A DNA stretch of 64,000 bases from Eledone cirrhosa (GCA_964016885.1 OZ024742.1:183086001-183150000); one strand, 5' to 3'; numbered from the stretch's first letter, positions 39,123 to 54,187 are shown. Program-made: numbers and translations. Notes: generated by a model from the letters alone, not told the origin.

Positions 39123-42100
39123 CTACAGCCGCATGACCAGAGGAGGCCCACTCACACGGCCATTCTCGCCACATTCACCCACCTTTCAGCAAATGTACTG
39201 GGGGGGGGGCAGCACTTCTCTCTCCACCCTCACCTTCCTTTCCAAGTGAAACTTGAAAAAGTTGATGAGGGATTGGCCGAAGAGAAAAGTGTCTGTCTTC
39301 ATTCCTTTCAACCTCGTCCACCATACAACCTCTTTCGCTACGGCTACCAGACAGAGGAAAATTTCCTGCCCTTCCTGGCCAAAAGAAGGCGGCGGGTCGA
39401 TCTTCACTATGGACTCGGCCGATAGCCGGATCCGTTCTACACGCGACAACAGCTGTTCAACATAACTCCACAAGTCAGTAATGCACGGACACTGGACGAG
39501 TGCGTGCAGAACGGTTTCGTCGTTCTGCGCGCATCTCGGGCGGGTCCGTCTGATAGCACTTCCGTGCCTGTAGAGTTTATCTCGAACTGGCAGTGCCCCC
39601 CGGTAGCACTGCCAAGCGAGGGATTTTTGGAAATTATCCATCGTCCCCGGCTTGAAAGTCCTCCGGTACACACTGGTTAGTTCGACTTCGTTGACTCTAT
39701 AGAACTCGAGAGTGGAAGTTCCACTGACCGCATTGCCCGCCTGGCAGAGGGCAGTGAGTGCCTGGCAACATTCCAGATGCCAGTCACCCAGTCTCGGTCT
39801 CTTCTTGACCCAGGACTGCAGCTCAGTCAAAGAAAGGAGCTGCGGAAAGGCCCGTCTGACCAACGGCGACCACACCTGTTCAGCGTTTAGGCAGAATATC
39901 TGGAGATGCCGCAGCCTCAGCGCGTGCCTGCGCATCATTATCCACGGCATGCCCAGCCCTCCACGTAGAGGGTGCTGGCAGCAGATGGACCGCCACACCA
40001 GCGGAACCTGACCCCTCCACAAGAATTTGAAGAGGAGCCGCTCCAAGATGGCGAGCCGCGAACGGGGGCAAGGGACGACGGTCAGACGGTAGTAGATGAC
40101 GGACGCGATGTACGCGTTCGCCACGTCCGCCCGACCTTTCAGTGATAGCTTCATCCCAGCCCATTTCTGGGTGAGACTGGCTACCCTGCACGTCACCTCG
40201 TCCCAATTCTTATCCACCTGGTGGTCTGGCCCGAACCAAACCCCTAGCAACTTTACCGGTTCGTCCGTCCAGCGCCTAACGACGCTGTTGGACGGCATGG
40301 ACTTGCCTCTCCAGGTGCCGAGTTGCAAGCCCACCGACTTTTCGGAGTTAAGTTTTGTTCCCGTCAACCTTTCATATTCCTCCAATAAGTTGCCGACCAC
40401 CTCGATTTCTGAGGTGTCCGACACCATCACGGTGATGTCGTCCGCATAAGCCGACACAGCCTTTCCGCGTCCCGGTTCGAGCGGGATGCCCTGCAACAGC
40501 TCCAGCTTCCGCAGTAAAGGCTCGAGAGTCAATACGTACAGAAGGGAGGAGAGAGGGCACCCTTGACGGACCGATCGGGAGACCTGAAACGGTTCCGAGA
40601 GGTGGCCATTAATTTTGACCATCGAGCAGGTGTCGCTGTGCATTGCAGCGATCCAGCTTCTGAAGACGGGGTCGAAGCCAGCCGCCTTGAAGACAGCCTC
40701 CAGGTACCGATGGTCGACCCTATCGAATGCTTTCGATTGATCTAAATTTATCAGAGCCCCATCGAAGCCAGGTTTACACCCTACCCTCTCTATGATGTAT
40801 CGCATTAGGTGGAGGTTGTCGTGTATGGACCTGGTTGGGATTGCGCAAGTTTGCGCCTCCCCAACCAAATCCCCGACGACAAGCGCCAACCTCTTCGCTA
40901 ACACCCTGGCCAAAATCTTCAACTCTGTGTTGAGCAGAGTTATGGGCCTGAAATTGTCTAATGTGTCCCTCTTGTTCTCGTCTTTCCTTATCAGCATCAC
41001 TACGCCACGGCTCACAGAACTGGGAATACTCCCGTTTTGCTGCCAGTTGCAGTAGAGGGCTTCGAGGATATTGGAGAACAAGTCTGGCATATTTACGTAA
41101 AGCTCGTAGGGCAGACCATCCAAACCGGGTGACTTGCGCCTCATGCAGCCGACAAGGGCATCCTGAATCTCGGCTGAAGTAATTGGCCTTTCGCAGCGCC
41201 CAGCGTCAGCCGTCGAGAGTTGCGGCAAGCCATCGAAGTAGGGACTGACGTCCGCCACCATCTCTGACTCGCCACTTCCCCGGAACAACCGAGCAAAATG
41301 TTGGCGAAAGGCCTCACACATCCTCTTGGAATCGCTCAGCTCGTGCCCGTCTCGGTCCGTCAAAGACCGAATCGTGGTTTTATTACCACGCTGCGCCTCT
41401 GCCACGCGGGCCCATCGAACAGCTTTGGTTCCCTCGTTTCTCAGAGCACGCGCCTTAGCTCTGACAATGCAACCTTCGTGTTTCGCATTGAAGAAATGGT
41501 CTAATGCCATTCTCGCCGCTAGCACGTCAGTTGCAATGCCACTACCAATAGCCTCGTCTAACTTATCTACCAACTTCCCCTTCTTTCTATTTTTCTCTAA
41601 CGCTACTTCTTTGCTAAACTCTATCGACATTACTCTAATCTCTCTTTTGAGAGCCCCCCACCATCTATTGTTGACGACTCCCCCTGTCAACTTTTTCTTA
41701 ACTAAATTGTTGACCTGGTCCCTGTAAGCCTTACGTGCCGGAAATGACATGTTTAGCTTCCAGTAACCAGGTCCTAACCTACGCGTCTTATCTAGGTCGA
41801 CCATACAAATTTGTGATCTGAATAGGCGACCGTTTCAAAACGTGGACAGCTTACACTATTTCTGTCTATTTTCCTAATGAATATCCTGTCTATATACGAT
41901 CTAGATGACCCTATGCGGTTAGCCCAGGTCCACACTGGCGCATTAGGGAAATCTAGTCGGTACCTGTCAGACAGTTGGAACTGGCTGATCAGGTTCTTGA
42001 GGCTTTTGCACCCACCCCCCGCTCCTATCGGATACTCCCACACAGTCCCAGCGTGCATCTAAGATGCCGTTCCAGTCCGCCGCTAACAGTAAAGGGCGAG

Positions 42101-42497
42101 ACGTACCCAGAAAGGCTTCCAGGCGTCTAAAGAAGTCCGGTCGTCCTGCCCCAGTAGGAGCATAGACAGCCACCAGTCTAAAGGCACCACCTTCGTTATT
42201 GTTCACGTCCAGGACCACCAACTTCCCGTCCGGGTCCCGGAAGATCGACGTTACCTCGAGATCCAGGCCTTTCCTAAACAGCACTGCCACCCCGTCTCCC
42301 ATTCCCGGCCGGCTAACAGATGCAAAGATCTGATATACGTCGAAAATGGGGGCTAGTGCGCGCGTGTCGGAAATCCTGGTCTCGCTGGCGGCAATTACAT
42401 CCATTTCTATAGACCTGAGGTCGTTGAGCAGGTGACCCTGCTTCCAGGTCGATCCCAGGCCTCGAACATTTAAACATCCTACTCTTAATACGGCCAT
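39123..42497 (-). pseudogene. Tx1 ORF2: APE endonuclease, reverse transcriptase and C-terminal zinc-binding domain (three frameshifts)
   Basis: GCLNVRGL, SETR, VYAP, ADWN, SYIDRIF, SDHK, GPGYWKLN, KSPGLDGLP, FRPITLLN, LDQSKAFDRV, VRQGCPLS, AYADD. Confidence 0.95.
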
Positions 42498-42529
42498 GTT
42501 GGCAGGTCAAAAAGAGAGAGAGGAAGGTT

Positions 42530-44410
42530 TACTTACCTTCCGGGCTCTTGTGAAGGTCGGGTTGTTCGACCTCCATAGTTGGTGGGGTTTCTTTTGGGAA
42601 CCCCTTTAAAAGTCTTGAAGTTGGTTTTACGTTCGGGTTCCCACGTCCCGAGGAAAGCTGTCTCGTATTTCTTTGAATATATCGAGCGACATTCGCACCA
42701 GAACCAAATCTTCCGGCACGCGAAATGTGCTCGATTTAAACATTTCCCCCTCTTTTTGTATATTTTCACTTCGTGCTACGAGGGCCATCAGTTCCTTGTT
42801 GGCCCTCCTGACGAGCACGAAGTTTTGTATGTTTTGTTGGTGTGATTTTATTTGTTTGTGTGGCTGTGGTGGTGATGATTGTGGTGGTGTTGTTTCGGTT
42901 GTATCTGTGTTTGTTGTTAGTGCGGTGTCTGTGGTTTCAGATGTTTGTGCGTATATTTGTTCTTGCGTCTGTTTAGGTTGTTTCTGTTTGGGGGATTCTG
43001 GTGATGGTGATGGTGGTGTTGATGTTGGTGTTATTGGAGAGATGTTTGCGTGGGTGTTGTCTGCATTTTTTATTGTGGGTGATTTTGTGCTTTGTTGAGT
43101 CTTTTTTTCTTTTTGTGTTTCCTTTTTTGTATTTTGGGGGATTTTGGTTTTCCCTGATCTTCACTACTGGTAGATGAGGGGTCTGTGTCTGTAAGTGTCT
43201 CTGTATGTATGTTTATGGTTTTATTGGTGTGTGTATTTGGGGGGAGGGGGAATTTGACAGCTTTCCTCGTTTCCCCCCTGGGTGGTCAATGTCGGTGGTG
43301 GTCTTTCTATTGGTGTTGTTGTTGGTGGTTTTTCCGGTGCTGGTGTTGGCTGTGGTCCTCGCCCTGGCGTCGGCAACAGTGGAGCCTTTCGACCCCTTGC
43401 CTCTTTCAGCAGTGAGAGCAGAAGGCTCGCAAATGGGGTTTTTCCCCACAAACAAAACACTGCGGCCTTTTGCCTTCAGTCATAATGTGAATGACCGTCC
43501 CATTCTGAAGGCGGATGTGGTCCGGGAGTGTCTTCACATTCTCGGGTCTGATCTGGAGAAGGATCTCCAGGTCAACCCCGGACCAGTCCTCTCTCGCCGT
43601 TCTGGTCACTTCTATAGGGACAGTATCCGTCCCCTCCACAATCACACATCCCAGAAGCCACCACATGTCAAGTCCTGGTGGGATCTGGGAATGCGGAGAT
43701 GGGCCGTTCTTTTTCCCATGTGGGAGGGGTACATTATGACCTTGCTGGTTTTGTAAGGAGTCATAGCGTGTTTCATAGCGAGGGCTTCTGACTTGAACAA
43801 CACCGAAATGGTGCCGTACTGTCTGCCCCTCTCTATGTATTCGGTGTCTTCTCTGATGCACCTCAGCGCGACTTCGACATCTTCTTGTGGGATTAAAGCT
43901 GCCCTTTTGGTTTGTGCTGAGATGCATCTTTAATGCACCGTTCTGCGCTCCACTGCCTCAATAGCTTCTACCGGGACAGTTAAGTTGGCCCAGGTTTGCT
44001 CTTGCTTGATGAGCTTCCATGCCTGGGCCAACTTTTCACCTTTGTTTGAGAGATCCATGTTGAAGCATGGCCTCTTTTTTGCTGCTGCCGCAGCGAAAGT
44101 GTTCTTCTTGTTTTCGTTGGGGGTGTTCTGGTCGTTGTCGTTGTTCTTGTTGGTGTTGTTGTTCGCACTGTCGCTGTTATCATTGTTGTCTTTGTTGCCA
44201 CCGTTGTTCTCGGTGCAATTGGTATTGTTGCTGTTGGTGTTGTCGCTATTTGTTTTCATGTTAGTGGTGTTGATATTATTGTTGTATTTGTTATTTTTTT
44301 TTTTTTGTTATCTGTATTTTCGTTATCGCTGTTACTGTCATTTTTTTCAAAATTAGAGTTCTCATTGGTATCATTGGTGTCTTTGTCTACATTGTTTGTG
44401 TTGGTGTTTG
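42530..44410 (-). pseudogene. Tx1 ORF1 (Asn-rich N-terminus, CCHC zinc knuckle), broken
   Basis: TFAAAAAKK; EGKRPQCFVCGEKPHLRAFC matches CX2CX4HX4C. Confidence 0.8.
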
Positions 44411-44954
44411 TGTTATCAATTTGTGTTAATTTCACTGTAGCGCTCCTCTCAACTTCTACGTCGTTGTCGCACGACAGCCGACATATCGCGGGGGGGGGGG
44501 GGGGGGGGGGGGCTCAGCCATGTTTTTTTTTTTCTCCGTAAATGATTTAACATGTAAAAAAAATTCAAATATTTGAGCCAAGAGGCCCAAATATTATACT
44601 TTCCCCTTCACAGGCCAAAGTCTTATATCCCTTACACAACAAGAAATATTTAACAACAAATAATTTTAACAGGCAAATAAAGCGACTTACTGGGAGCGAG
44701 CAAAATACGTCCGCTTAGACCAATAATAATAATAATAATTGTTTCTACTTTAGGCACAAGGCCAGACATTTTGGGACGAGGGAAATCGATTAAATCGACC
44801 CTAGTGCATTACTGGTGCTTTATTTATCGACCCCGTAAAGATGAAAGGCAAAGCTAACCTCAGCAGGATTCGAACTCGCAAAGGTGCGTAACTCTATGCT
44901 GCGAATCATGTTGTCCGACTCTCTACCGATTCTACCAATCCATAATAATAATAA

Positions 44955-45580
44955 ATTGTTTTATTTGCCACATGGGCATCAGTTGGAGCAGCCATTACAA
45001 AGAAAAGTTACATTAAGGTGAGAGTTTCCATAGAAATGGAAAAAAGGTGTAATATGTATACATAGTGTACAATTATATGAGGCATTCAGTCCACCTGTTA
45101 TAGAGCTGAATACCTAAGGCTATTTGAGGAACCCCACAGATCCACAAACGCTTTGACCACAAGGGGTGAGTGCCTTCCCCTAACTATCGTTGTTCGACAT
45201 ACAGACACAAGCTGAGTGTAGTCCAATTCACCCATCTTTAGGTAAATGTACAGAAGAGAACCTCCCTCTCCACATTCGCCTTTGAAAATGTCGATGCGAG
45301 ATTAACCGTAAATGAACGTGTCTGTCTTAAGGGGTTTCATGTTTGTCCACGACACAGCCACTTTCGCAATAGCTATCAGACAGAGGAAAACTGTTCGCCC
45401 TTCTCTGTTAAAGAAAAGTGGTAGGACGATATTCACAATTCACATAGTCGTTAGTCGGAACCACCCCACATGCGACAACAGTTTTTCAACATATCTCCAC
45501 AGATCATCAAAACCCAGGCATTGAACGAGTGCGTGCAGAAAAGTTTGGTAGTTCTGCGCGCATCTCGGACAGGATCTTTG
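44955..45580 (-). pseudogene. older degraded Tx1 3' fragment
   Basis: gcacgcactcgttcaatgcc (HALVQC), ttcctctgtctgatagc and ttgtggcaaataaa-like 3' end match the other Tx1 copies. Confidence 0.7.
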
Positions 45581-46560
45581 GAGATGCCAGTGTTACAGGC
45601 AGTGGTGTCGAAAGACACCAATTATTCTATCCTCAAGTCGTTGAATTTCCTTCAAAATGACCCCAGCAATTTGTTGTCCGATTCCATCTCTTGCAATCGA
45701 AACACCTAAGAGCTCCTCCTTTCCGTTTACAGTAACCAAAACTGCAATCCGATCCGGAGGCCGATGGTAATAATTCTCCATCCCAGTGGAAGACTAGCCA
45801 GGATTTGACATCAGGTGGGAAAACGAAAAACTCGGTTTCCTCATACGGTGACTAGTTCTTGCTCGATAAACAGTTGAGAGGGAAATCGCGAGTTCAGGCA
45901 CATCATGACTAAGACTCTTCGCAATTGCAATGTAAGAAGTACTTGCTTGTCGTACTCCAGTTACTTCAGTTCTCACGTAGCAAAAAGGGAGGCGTCACGA
46001 GTCTGCTTGATTTGCAGGGATGATGTGGTGCTGACTTGAAATTGTTATCGTCATCATCATTAATAGCTGAGCTGGATGACGAACCTTCAAGGGGTACTTC
46101 CTCGGACATCTTCTGACTTCTTCATCCTGCTTTCACTTTCTTACTTTCACTTCATGAATCTTCCTTTCCTTCTTCTGAATGGCTCTCACATGTTCTGCAT
46201 CCAACCCGTCTTGAATGAAGACATCCTACCTCCGATGTGTCTCTTTCCTTCGAGAACGTCCTGGCTTGCAATGTCAAAAATTTCCTCGAGAACACCTTTC
46301 GAAATCTCGCGTTTTGAAATAGCTTTGTCAGTCATCCTTAGAGAAATTCTCAATTGAAGTACGGATGATTTTTTTTCCGTTTTAGTAGGATATTTGCTTT
46401 GCCCCACACATCCTGAATCTTCTGACTGTTTTTTACAGCAACTGAAATTGACCCCGAATCCAAGGTGATGGTAGAGAAAATACAAGAGCCCTTCTTGTTT
46501 GGAGGGTGGTCGAGTCTGAGGTAACTCTCTCTTGGATCTTTTCTCAACCAGTCAAATGGT
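45581..46560 (-). pseudogene. hATm-like DDE transposase relic
   Basis: HWDG, DRIAVLVT..EELLGV..DGIGQQIA and SFDTTACNTG; superfamily assigned from motif recall, not from a search. Confidence 0.65.
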
Positions 46561-46907
46561 CTTTCGGGTTTTCATTTACTTGTTCACTGTGAAAGATGAT
46601 AAGCAAAATCAATCAACAAATTTTATTTTAACGAGTCTTTGGGTTCTTACATTACTGGAATCCAATCAGGCTATAAAAAGCAAAAGAGAAGAAAATTATT
46701 TCGTAGCTTTATAACAACGGATGGGACTTGACGAAAACCACCGTTTTTAGTATTCGCTGACAAAACCACCAACAATGTAATGAAACTAAGAACCAACAAT
46801 ACATTGAATTTTACATAAGAACCTTATTGTTAACTCATTATCTTATTGAATTATCAAAGCAAATATCAAAACGCTCACCTCATCAACGTGATACGAAATA
46901 CTTCTTT

Positions 46908-47727
46908 GTATGAATAATTGTTTCTACTTTTGGAACAAGGCCAGCAATTACCCAGTGCATTACTGGTACTTTATTTTATCGACGCCGTAAGGATGAAAGG
47001 CAAAGTTAACCTCGGCGGGATTTGAACTCAGAATGGCAAGGGCCGTAACTCTATGCGTCAAAGCATGGCGTCCAAACCTCTACCGATACTGCCAATCTCT
47101 TTGTATGAATAATTGTTTCTACTTTAGGCACAAGGCCAGCAATTACCCAGTGCATTACTGGTACTTTATTTTATCGACCTCGTAAGGATGAAAGGCAAAG
47201 TCAACCTCGGCGGGATTTGAACTCAGATCGTAAAGGGACGTAACTATGCTGGAAAGCATGGCGCCCGACCCTCTACCGATACTGCCAATCCACCGCCCAT
47301 GAATAATGTATGAATAATTGTTTCTACTTTAGGCACAAGGCCAGCAATTACCCAGTGCATTACTGGTACTTTATTTTATCGACCTCGTAAGGATGAAAGG
47401 CAAAGTCAACCTCGGCGGGATTTGAACTCAGATCGTAAAGGGACGTAACTATGCTGGAAAGCATGGCGCCCGACCCTCTACCGATACTGCCAATCCACCG
47501 CCCATGAATAATGTATGAATAATTGTTTCAACTTTAGGCACAAGGCCAGCAATTACCCAGTGCATTACTGGTACTTTATTTTATCGACCTCGTAAGGATA
47601 AAAGGCAAAGTCAACCTCGGCGGGATTTGAACTCAGATCGTAAAGGGACGTAACTATGCTGGAAAGGATGGCGCCCGACCCTCTACCGATACTGCCAATC
47701 CACCGCCCATGAATAATGTATGAATAA
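46908..47727 (-). repeat. tandem array of four family-B SINEs (195 bp plus 3 x 205 bp)
   Basis: gtatgaataat recurs at 46908, 47103, 47308, 47513 and 47718. Confidence 0.95.
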
Positions 47728-48019
47728 TGAAGACAAATCACCTATGTAAAATGGATTTCTCTATACTTAGTTTATGGTCCATTTATTTTTTATTTGGTAT
47801 CCTATGCACGGTAGAAACGTCTCTTGCATGTACACAGACGAAAACAGACAAAAAGTGCAACCTGGCTACAATCAATAAGTTGTCGTCTCCTCCTCCTCCT
47901 CCTCCTCCTCCTCTTCCCACTTATCCCTGAGAGGGCGATGGTGTAATAGTCCTCAAACACTCCTTCCAACGGATCCTGTCAGAAGCAACCGACTCCAACT
48001 GATCCGGCAGACATACCCA

Positions 48020-48190
<171 letters not shown>

Positions 48191-49584
48191 AACAGAAATA
48201 ACATATGGAAGGAATATATTAGTTTAACGCTTGAAATAGCAGGAAGAGGGTCTTAAAGTTTTCGACGCTAGTCCTTGATCAAAAGAAAGAATGAGAAATT
48301 AGAAATATTGAGGAGACGGTCAAGGCGGAATCGGAAAAAATTTTTTAGAGAGTAGGAGAGGAAGGAAAAAAGAGAGGGTACTGAGGTGAGTGAGAAATAG
48401 ACTGTTGTGATGGAGAATGTGGAAGTAAGAAGAGGATTGTGGAGGAAAAGTGAATGTGAGTCTACTTTGAGAGGGTCATACTGTCAATAAAACACATACA
48501 ACGATTGATGTTTTACTTCAGTTCATTATTAGTGGTCAATGGCGGTGGATTGGCAGTATCGGTTGAGGGTCGAATGCCATGCTTTGCAGCATAGAGTTAC
48601 GTCTCTTTACAGTCTGAGTTCAAATCCCGCTTTTGTGCCAAAAGTAGAAGCAATTATTAGTTGAGTTTCTCATCCATTCAGCGGTTAATTTAGAAACCGG
48701 GTAGTTGTTAAATTGTTGATTGTCAAAGTTCTTTTGCACACATCCTGTGGCATTCTCAATGGCTATCTTGCTCCCCTCTGTCTCTTCTTTGTTCTCAGTT
48801 GTTTTTTTCTTTCTATTTACTCCATCTTCTGTTCCTCCCAAAGTACAGGGTGGGGGTATAAAGATGTCCCACATTCTTATTTTTTTATAACCCTTCAAAA
48901 TATGAGAGATATTTATATCCCACTCTGTATAACAATATCTGTTACAAAACACGATTTACATTAAGAATCGTACAAATCAAACACATAAGCATGATTATAT
49001 ATATATATATAGGGTCATTTAACGCGTAATAATATATCACTGTATAATAATATATATCCTGTTTCAGGATCGTATGCTTTTAGGTGATTTTGATATTCTG
49101 TGTTAAAAGATCATATTAACCCGACACTTCAGAGTGATGGACATTCCGATTCTGAACAAAATATTAAACTAAAATCTCACACTTTCTATACAAATATACA
49201 TATCTAAAAGTCTAAACTCTGTCTTAAGCCAGAAGGCTTATTTGGCCGGTGCTTATCCTGGTTTCATGGCGTGAAGCGACTGAGAGTACAAGACTTCCCC
49301 CTGGACACCAGCCCGTCGCTGGGTTAAACCCACAGTACTGTCGCTGGGTTAAACCCCCTGATACTCATTTTCAGCTGAGTATAATGCTGAGTGAAATAAC
49401 GTGTTTTGCAAGAAAGCACAACATGCAACCCAGCAATCGAATCCATGACGTTATGATCGTAAGGCCAACACCATTACCACACGGAGACATATATTTGCAC
49501 ACATACACATATATATAGAATGCCATGCAGTACTCCTTGCAGGTCTCTGCTTCTTATATATCTATCTAAAAATATATATATATA

Positions 49585-50000
<416 letters not shown>

Positions 50001-50074
50001 AAATATATATATATATAAATATCAATAAATATTAATAAAGAAAGCATTATATATATAGCATTATATATATATAT

Positions 50075-50296
50075 AGTGAAGGCGTGTGGCTGAGTGGTTA
50101 GAGAATTGGATTCGCAATCGTAAGGTTGTGAGTTCGATTCCTGGACCAGGCGATGCGTTATGTCCTTGAGCAAGACACTTTATTTCACGTTGCTCCTTCT
50201 ACCTGGAGTTGCGACCGATAGATAGTATTAGCAATTGGAAAGACCAACGGAAACATTGTTCCCTCGGTCCGATTTGACGAAAGTCGATCGTTCCTT
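50075..50296 (+). mobile_element. tRNA-derived SINE (family A)
   Basis: A and B boxes; reverse-complement homolog of 50-268. Confidence 0.88.
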
Positions 50297-50304
50297 TATA
50301 TATA

Positions 50305-50340
<36 letters not shown>

Positions 50341-50824
50341 TACATACATTATATGTATTTTATATATGTAGTATATATATTTATAGCATATATATAGTGT
50401 AAACATATAAAATTTGATAAATATATACAATATATGTAATATATATATATAATAAGGAGTTGACGGACCCAGCATATTTATCAATGCCAGGACCGGTTGT
50501 ATCTCAGTGTACTCAATAGGTAATGTAGGATACATTCCCAGAGTATACATAGTTATTCGCTTCAACACAACACACGTATATATATATATATATATATATT
50601 TATCAGGAAAGAAGATTGACATGGTTTGCTATACAAAAAAGGTTTTTAATCTCATTGCTGACAATTGTTTCTCTGAACTGGTAGGTCTAGAGATCGCTAT
50701 TCGCTTGTTTTCACGTTACTCGATAACTGGACTACACCTAAGTGGACTGCATATAACTATTATTTGTTACCCTGTATATATATATATATATGTACATATA
50801 TGTATGTATGTATATTTAAGTATG

Positions 50825-50862
<38 letters not shown>

Positions 50863-50984
50863 GTGTTTCCGAAGGAAAGGTAAAGGAACGATTTCAGACG
50901 TCTGTTTCGAGCTCGTCTGTCTTCGTGAAACCTTTGGTAAATGGAATAATTGTCTTATGTTGTTTATTACATAACTATATATAT

Positions 50985-51301
50985 GTGTATGAGTTGAGAA
51001 AGAAACTGGCTATAAGCGGTAAATGTTTTGGTGTGCAGGAGAGAAGACTGAGATGGTATGAACATGTGATGCACATGGAGGATGATCACTGGGTAAAGAA
51101 GTGCCAAGAAATCCCTGTAGAAGGAAGTCGCAGTAGAGGAAGACCACGAAAAACATGGGTGGAGGTCGTGAGAGCAGACCTCAGATCGCTGAAGCTCACG
51201 AAGGAGATGACGAAGGACCGTGACAAGTGGAGAGATGCTGTGCTGAATAGGACCCGTCCCACCCTGGCAAGCTGGGAAAAGAGGACGTAAAATGATGATG
51301 A
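50985..51301 (+). pseudogene. RTE-clade LINE 3' end
   Basis: RRLRWYEHVMHM..RSRGRPRKTW..DRDKWR, (GAT)n tail. Confidence 0.85.
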
Positions 51302-51604
51302 TATATGTTACTTTTTTGCTGCTTCACCTGTTCTAGCCACCCGGCGCTCGTTGCTACACCGATCTCCGGCTTGTGTTAGCTGACCATTGGTGTAAGAGGG
51401 AGTCCGTTGCCGCTGCCCTTATTTTACCTTCGTACCGTGGTGTGGGCACATCCGGGATCGTGGATAGCAGAGATTCAAATGTTTCTTGAAAACATCCACG
51501 TCAACATCATGCAGTTCTCTCAAATTTCTTGGCAGCTTGTTGAAAAGTTGAGGTCCTTTATGTATATTATATGTAATATATCTATATCTATATCTATATA
51601 TCTA

Positions 51605-51662
<58 letters not shown>

Positions 51663-51709
51663 TTGTGCTACACTCACCGCTTTGTTTTTGTTTTCTGTTT
51701 TAACTATAA

Positions 51710-51759
<50 letters not shown>

Positions 51760-51771
51760 ATAAAAAAAAAT

Positions 51772-51910
<139 letters not shown>

Positions 51911-51977
51911 AATATATATATATATGTATATATATATATAAATAATAAATATATATATATATATATATGTATTAAAT

Positions 51978-52040
<63 letters not shown>

Positions 52041-52098
52041 GTATATATATATAAATAATAAATATATATAAATATATATATATATATATTATATGTAC

Positions 52099-52152
<54 letters not shown>

Positions 52153-52329
52153 GATAAATCTACCAAGAGTTTACGGTAGTGTCCAATCCGTATGAAGAAC
52201 TCAATGTATTCCGGATATCATGGAAAGAAGAGATGTAATGAAAAATCACTTTCGGTGAAAGATAAACGGTATACAGAGTCAAGATAAAATATTAAACAAA
52301 TAATATATATATATATAGTATACATATAT

Positions 52330-52416
<87 letters not shown>

Positions 52417-52475
52417 CTGTCCAGAAGTAGCCGTCGTAACACCTTCACCTCTGCCGTCGGGGTCCTGAACATTTT

Positions 52476-52525
<50 letters not shown>

Positions 52526-52580
52526 CATATATATAAATATATATATATGTATGTGTGTATGTGTGTGTGTGTGTGTATAC

Positions 52581-52621
<41 letters not shown>

Positions 52622-52652
52622 TTGAAACAGTGAGGAGGTTTGAAATTAGTAA

Positions 52653-52848
52653 ATAGAATAGCGTTCACCGTATTTTTTTACTAAAGAAATTTTAGTATGA
52701 TAATGGGGTTTAGAACCCTCATATAAATGGAAAAAGATTAGTATTGTACGTCAATACTCATCTTTTTCCATTTATCTAAGGGTCCTAAACCCCATTATCA
52801 GACTAAAATTTCTCTAGTAAAAAAATACGGCGAAAGCTATTCTATTTT
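52653..52848. repeat. fold-back element in (TA)n with hammerhead 3' half (GAAAGCTA)
   Basis: ~95 bp arms centred near 52749. Confidence 0.7.
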
Positions 52849-52944
52849 ATATATATATATATATACATATATAATATTTATATTATATAAATATTATATG
52901 TTCTATATATATATATACATATATATTGTTTATATTATTTATAT

Positions 52945-53022
<78 letters not shown>

Positions 53023-53168
53023 ATAAAATATATATATATATTATATGTACTATATATACATATATTATATGTACTATATATATATATAACGGAGGAAATG
53101 TGGTAAGGAACCAGGTGGACCATAACGCACCAAGAATTGAGCTCAGCCGTCGGGGTCCTACTCGTTCC

Positions 53169-53224
<56 letters not shown>

Positions 53225-53465
53225 TTAGTACATATGATATGTATATATATATATTATATATGTGTATATATTGCATATAATGTATAATATATATATTTCA
53301 ATGTTGTCTGCCCTGAATAGGTAAAATAATTCGACTTTCTTGTTATTATTTACATTGTTAAATTAATTGTTTCTACTTTAGTGCATTACCAGTGCATTAC
53401 TGGTACTTTATTTTATCGTTAAATTAATTTATTTTATTGTTAAATTAATACCTAATATATATATA

Positions 53466-53526
<61 letters not shown>

Positions 53527-53527
53527 T

Positions 53528-53559
<32 letters not shown>

Positions 53560-53687
53560 ATATGTATTATATAATATATATATATATGCCTGTGAGTATA
53601 TATATATTATATATATGATACATATATCTACATGATACATATAGCTATATATATATATATATATATATATCTACATGTATATATATC

Positions 53688-53773
<86 letters not shown>

Positions 53774-53800
53774 TATATTTAATGTTATATGTAATACATA

Positions 53801-53838
<38 letters not shown>

Positions 53839-54054
53839 AGTGTAACTTGAAGTTACTGCAGGTTCACCCGGGTGAGCACTCTATGTTTAGGTTTACTTCT
53901 GTGTTGACGTGTAATTTATTGAAAGGATAACAAGGACGATTGATTACTCCTTCATTACATTTATTGGTAGGTGACGCGCGTTTTGCCACTGATCAGCTCA
54001 AGGTTCGATCTGTATCGATCTTACCCGACTCAATAATCGGCAGCTCGACGGACC

Positions 54055-54123
<69 letters not shown>

Positions 54124-54187
54124 TATGTAATACATATATAATATAACAAATTGCGTCACTCGACCTTAAACACAATGTGCGTCTCTG

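Larger units (their letters stand above)
38847..44721 (-). mobile_element. near full-length Tx1-group L1 retrotransposon in an (AAT)n tract
   Basis: 5' end ggtctaagcggacgt, ORF1 and ORF2 present, 3' AATAAA then (ATT)n; (AAT)n on both sides. Confidence 0.95.

Noticed and set aside
46908-47727. CRISPR-like periodicity
   Set aside because: Whole 205-bp units repeat with no unique spacers, and the context is eukaryotic
47727-47930. ORF with a signal-peptide-like N-terminus (MDFSILSLWSIYFLFGILC..)
   Set aside because: Short, no further exons or recognisable homology, runs into (CCT)n
48655-48960. Non-repetitive ORFs on both strands
   Set aside because: No recognisable motif or clear splice sites
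50075-50150. tRNA gene
   Set aside because: The tRNA-like head continues into a multi-copy SINE body and the acceptor stem does not close
50455-50975. Three short inserts in (TA)n with GAAA-stem III-like pieces (for example GAAACAATTGTC on minus, ~50657-50672)
   Set aside because: Probably PLE remnants, but no CTGANGA or inverted arm supports a call
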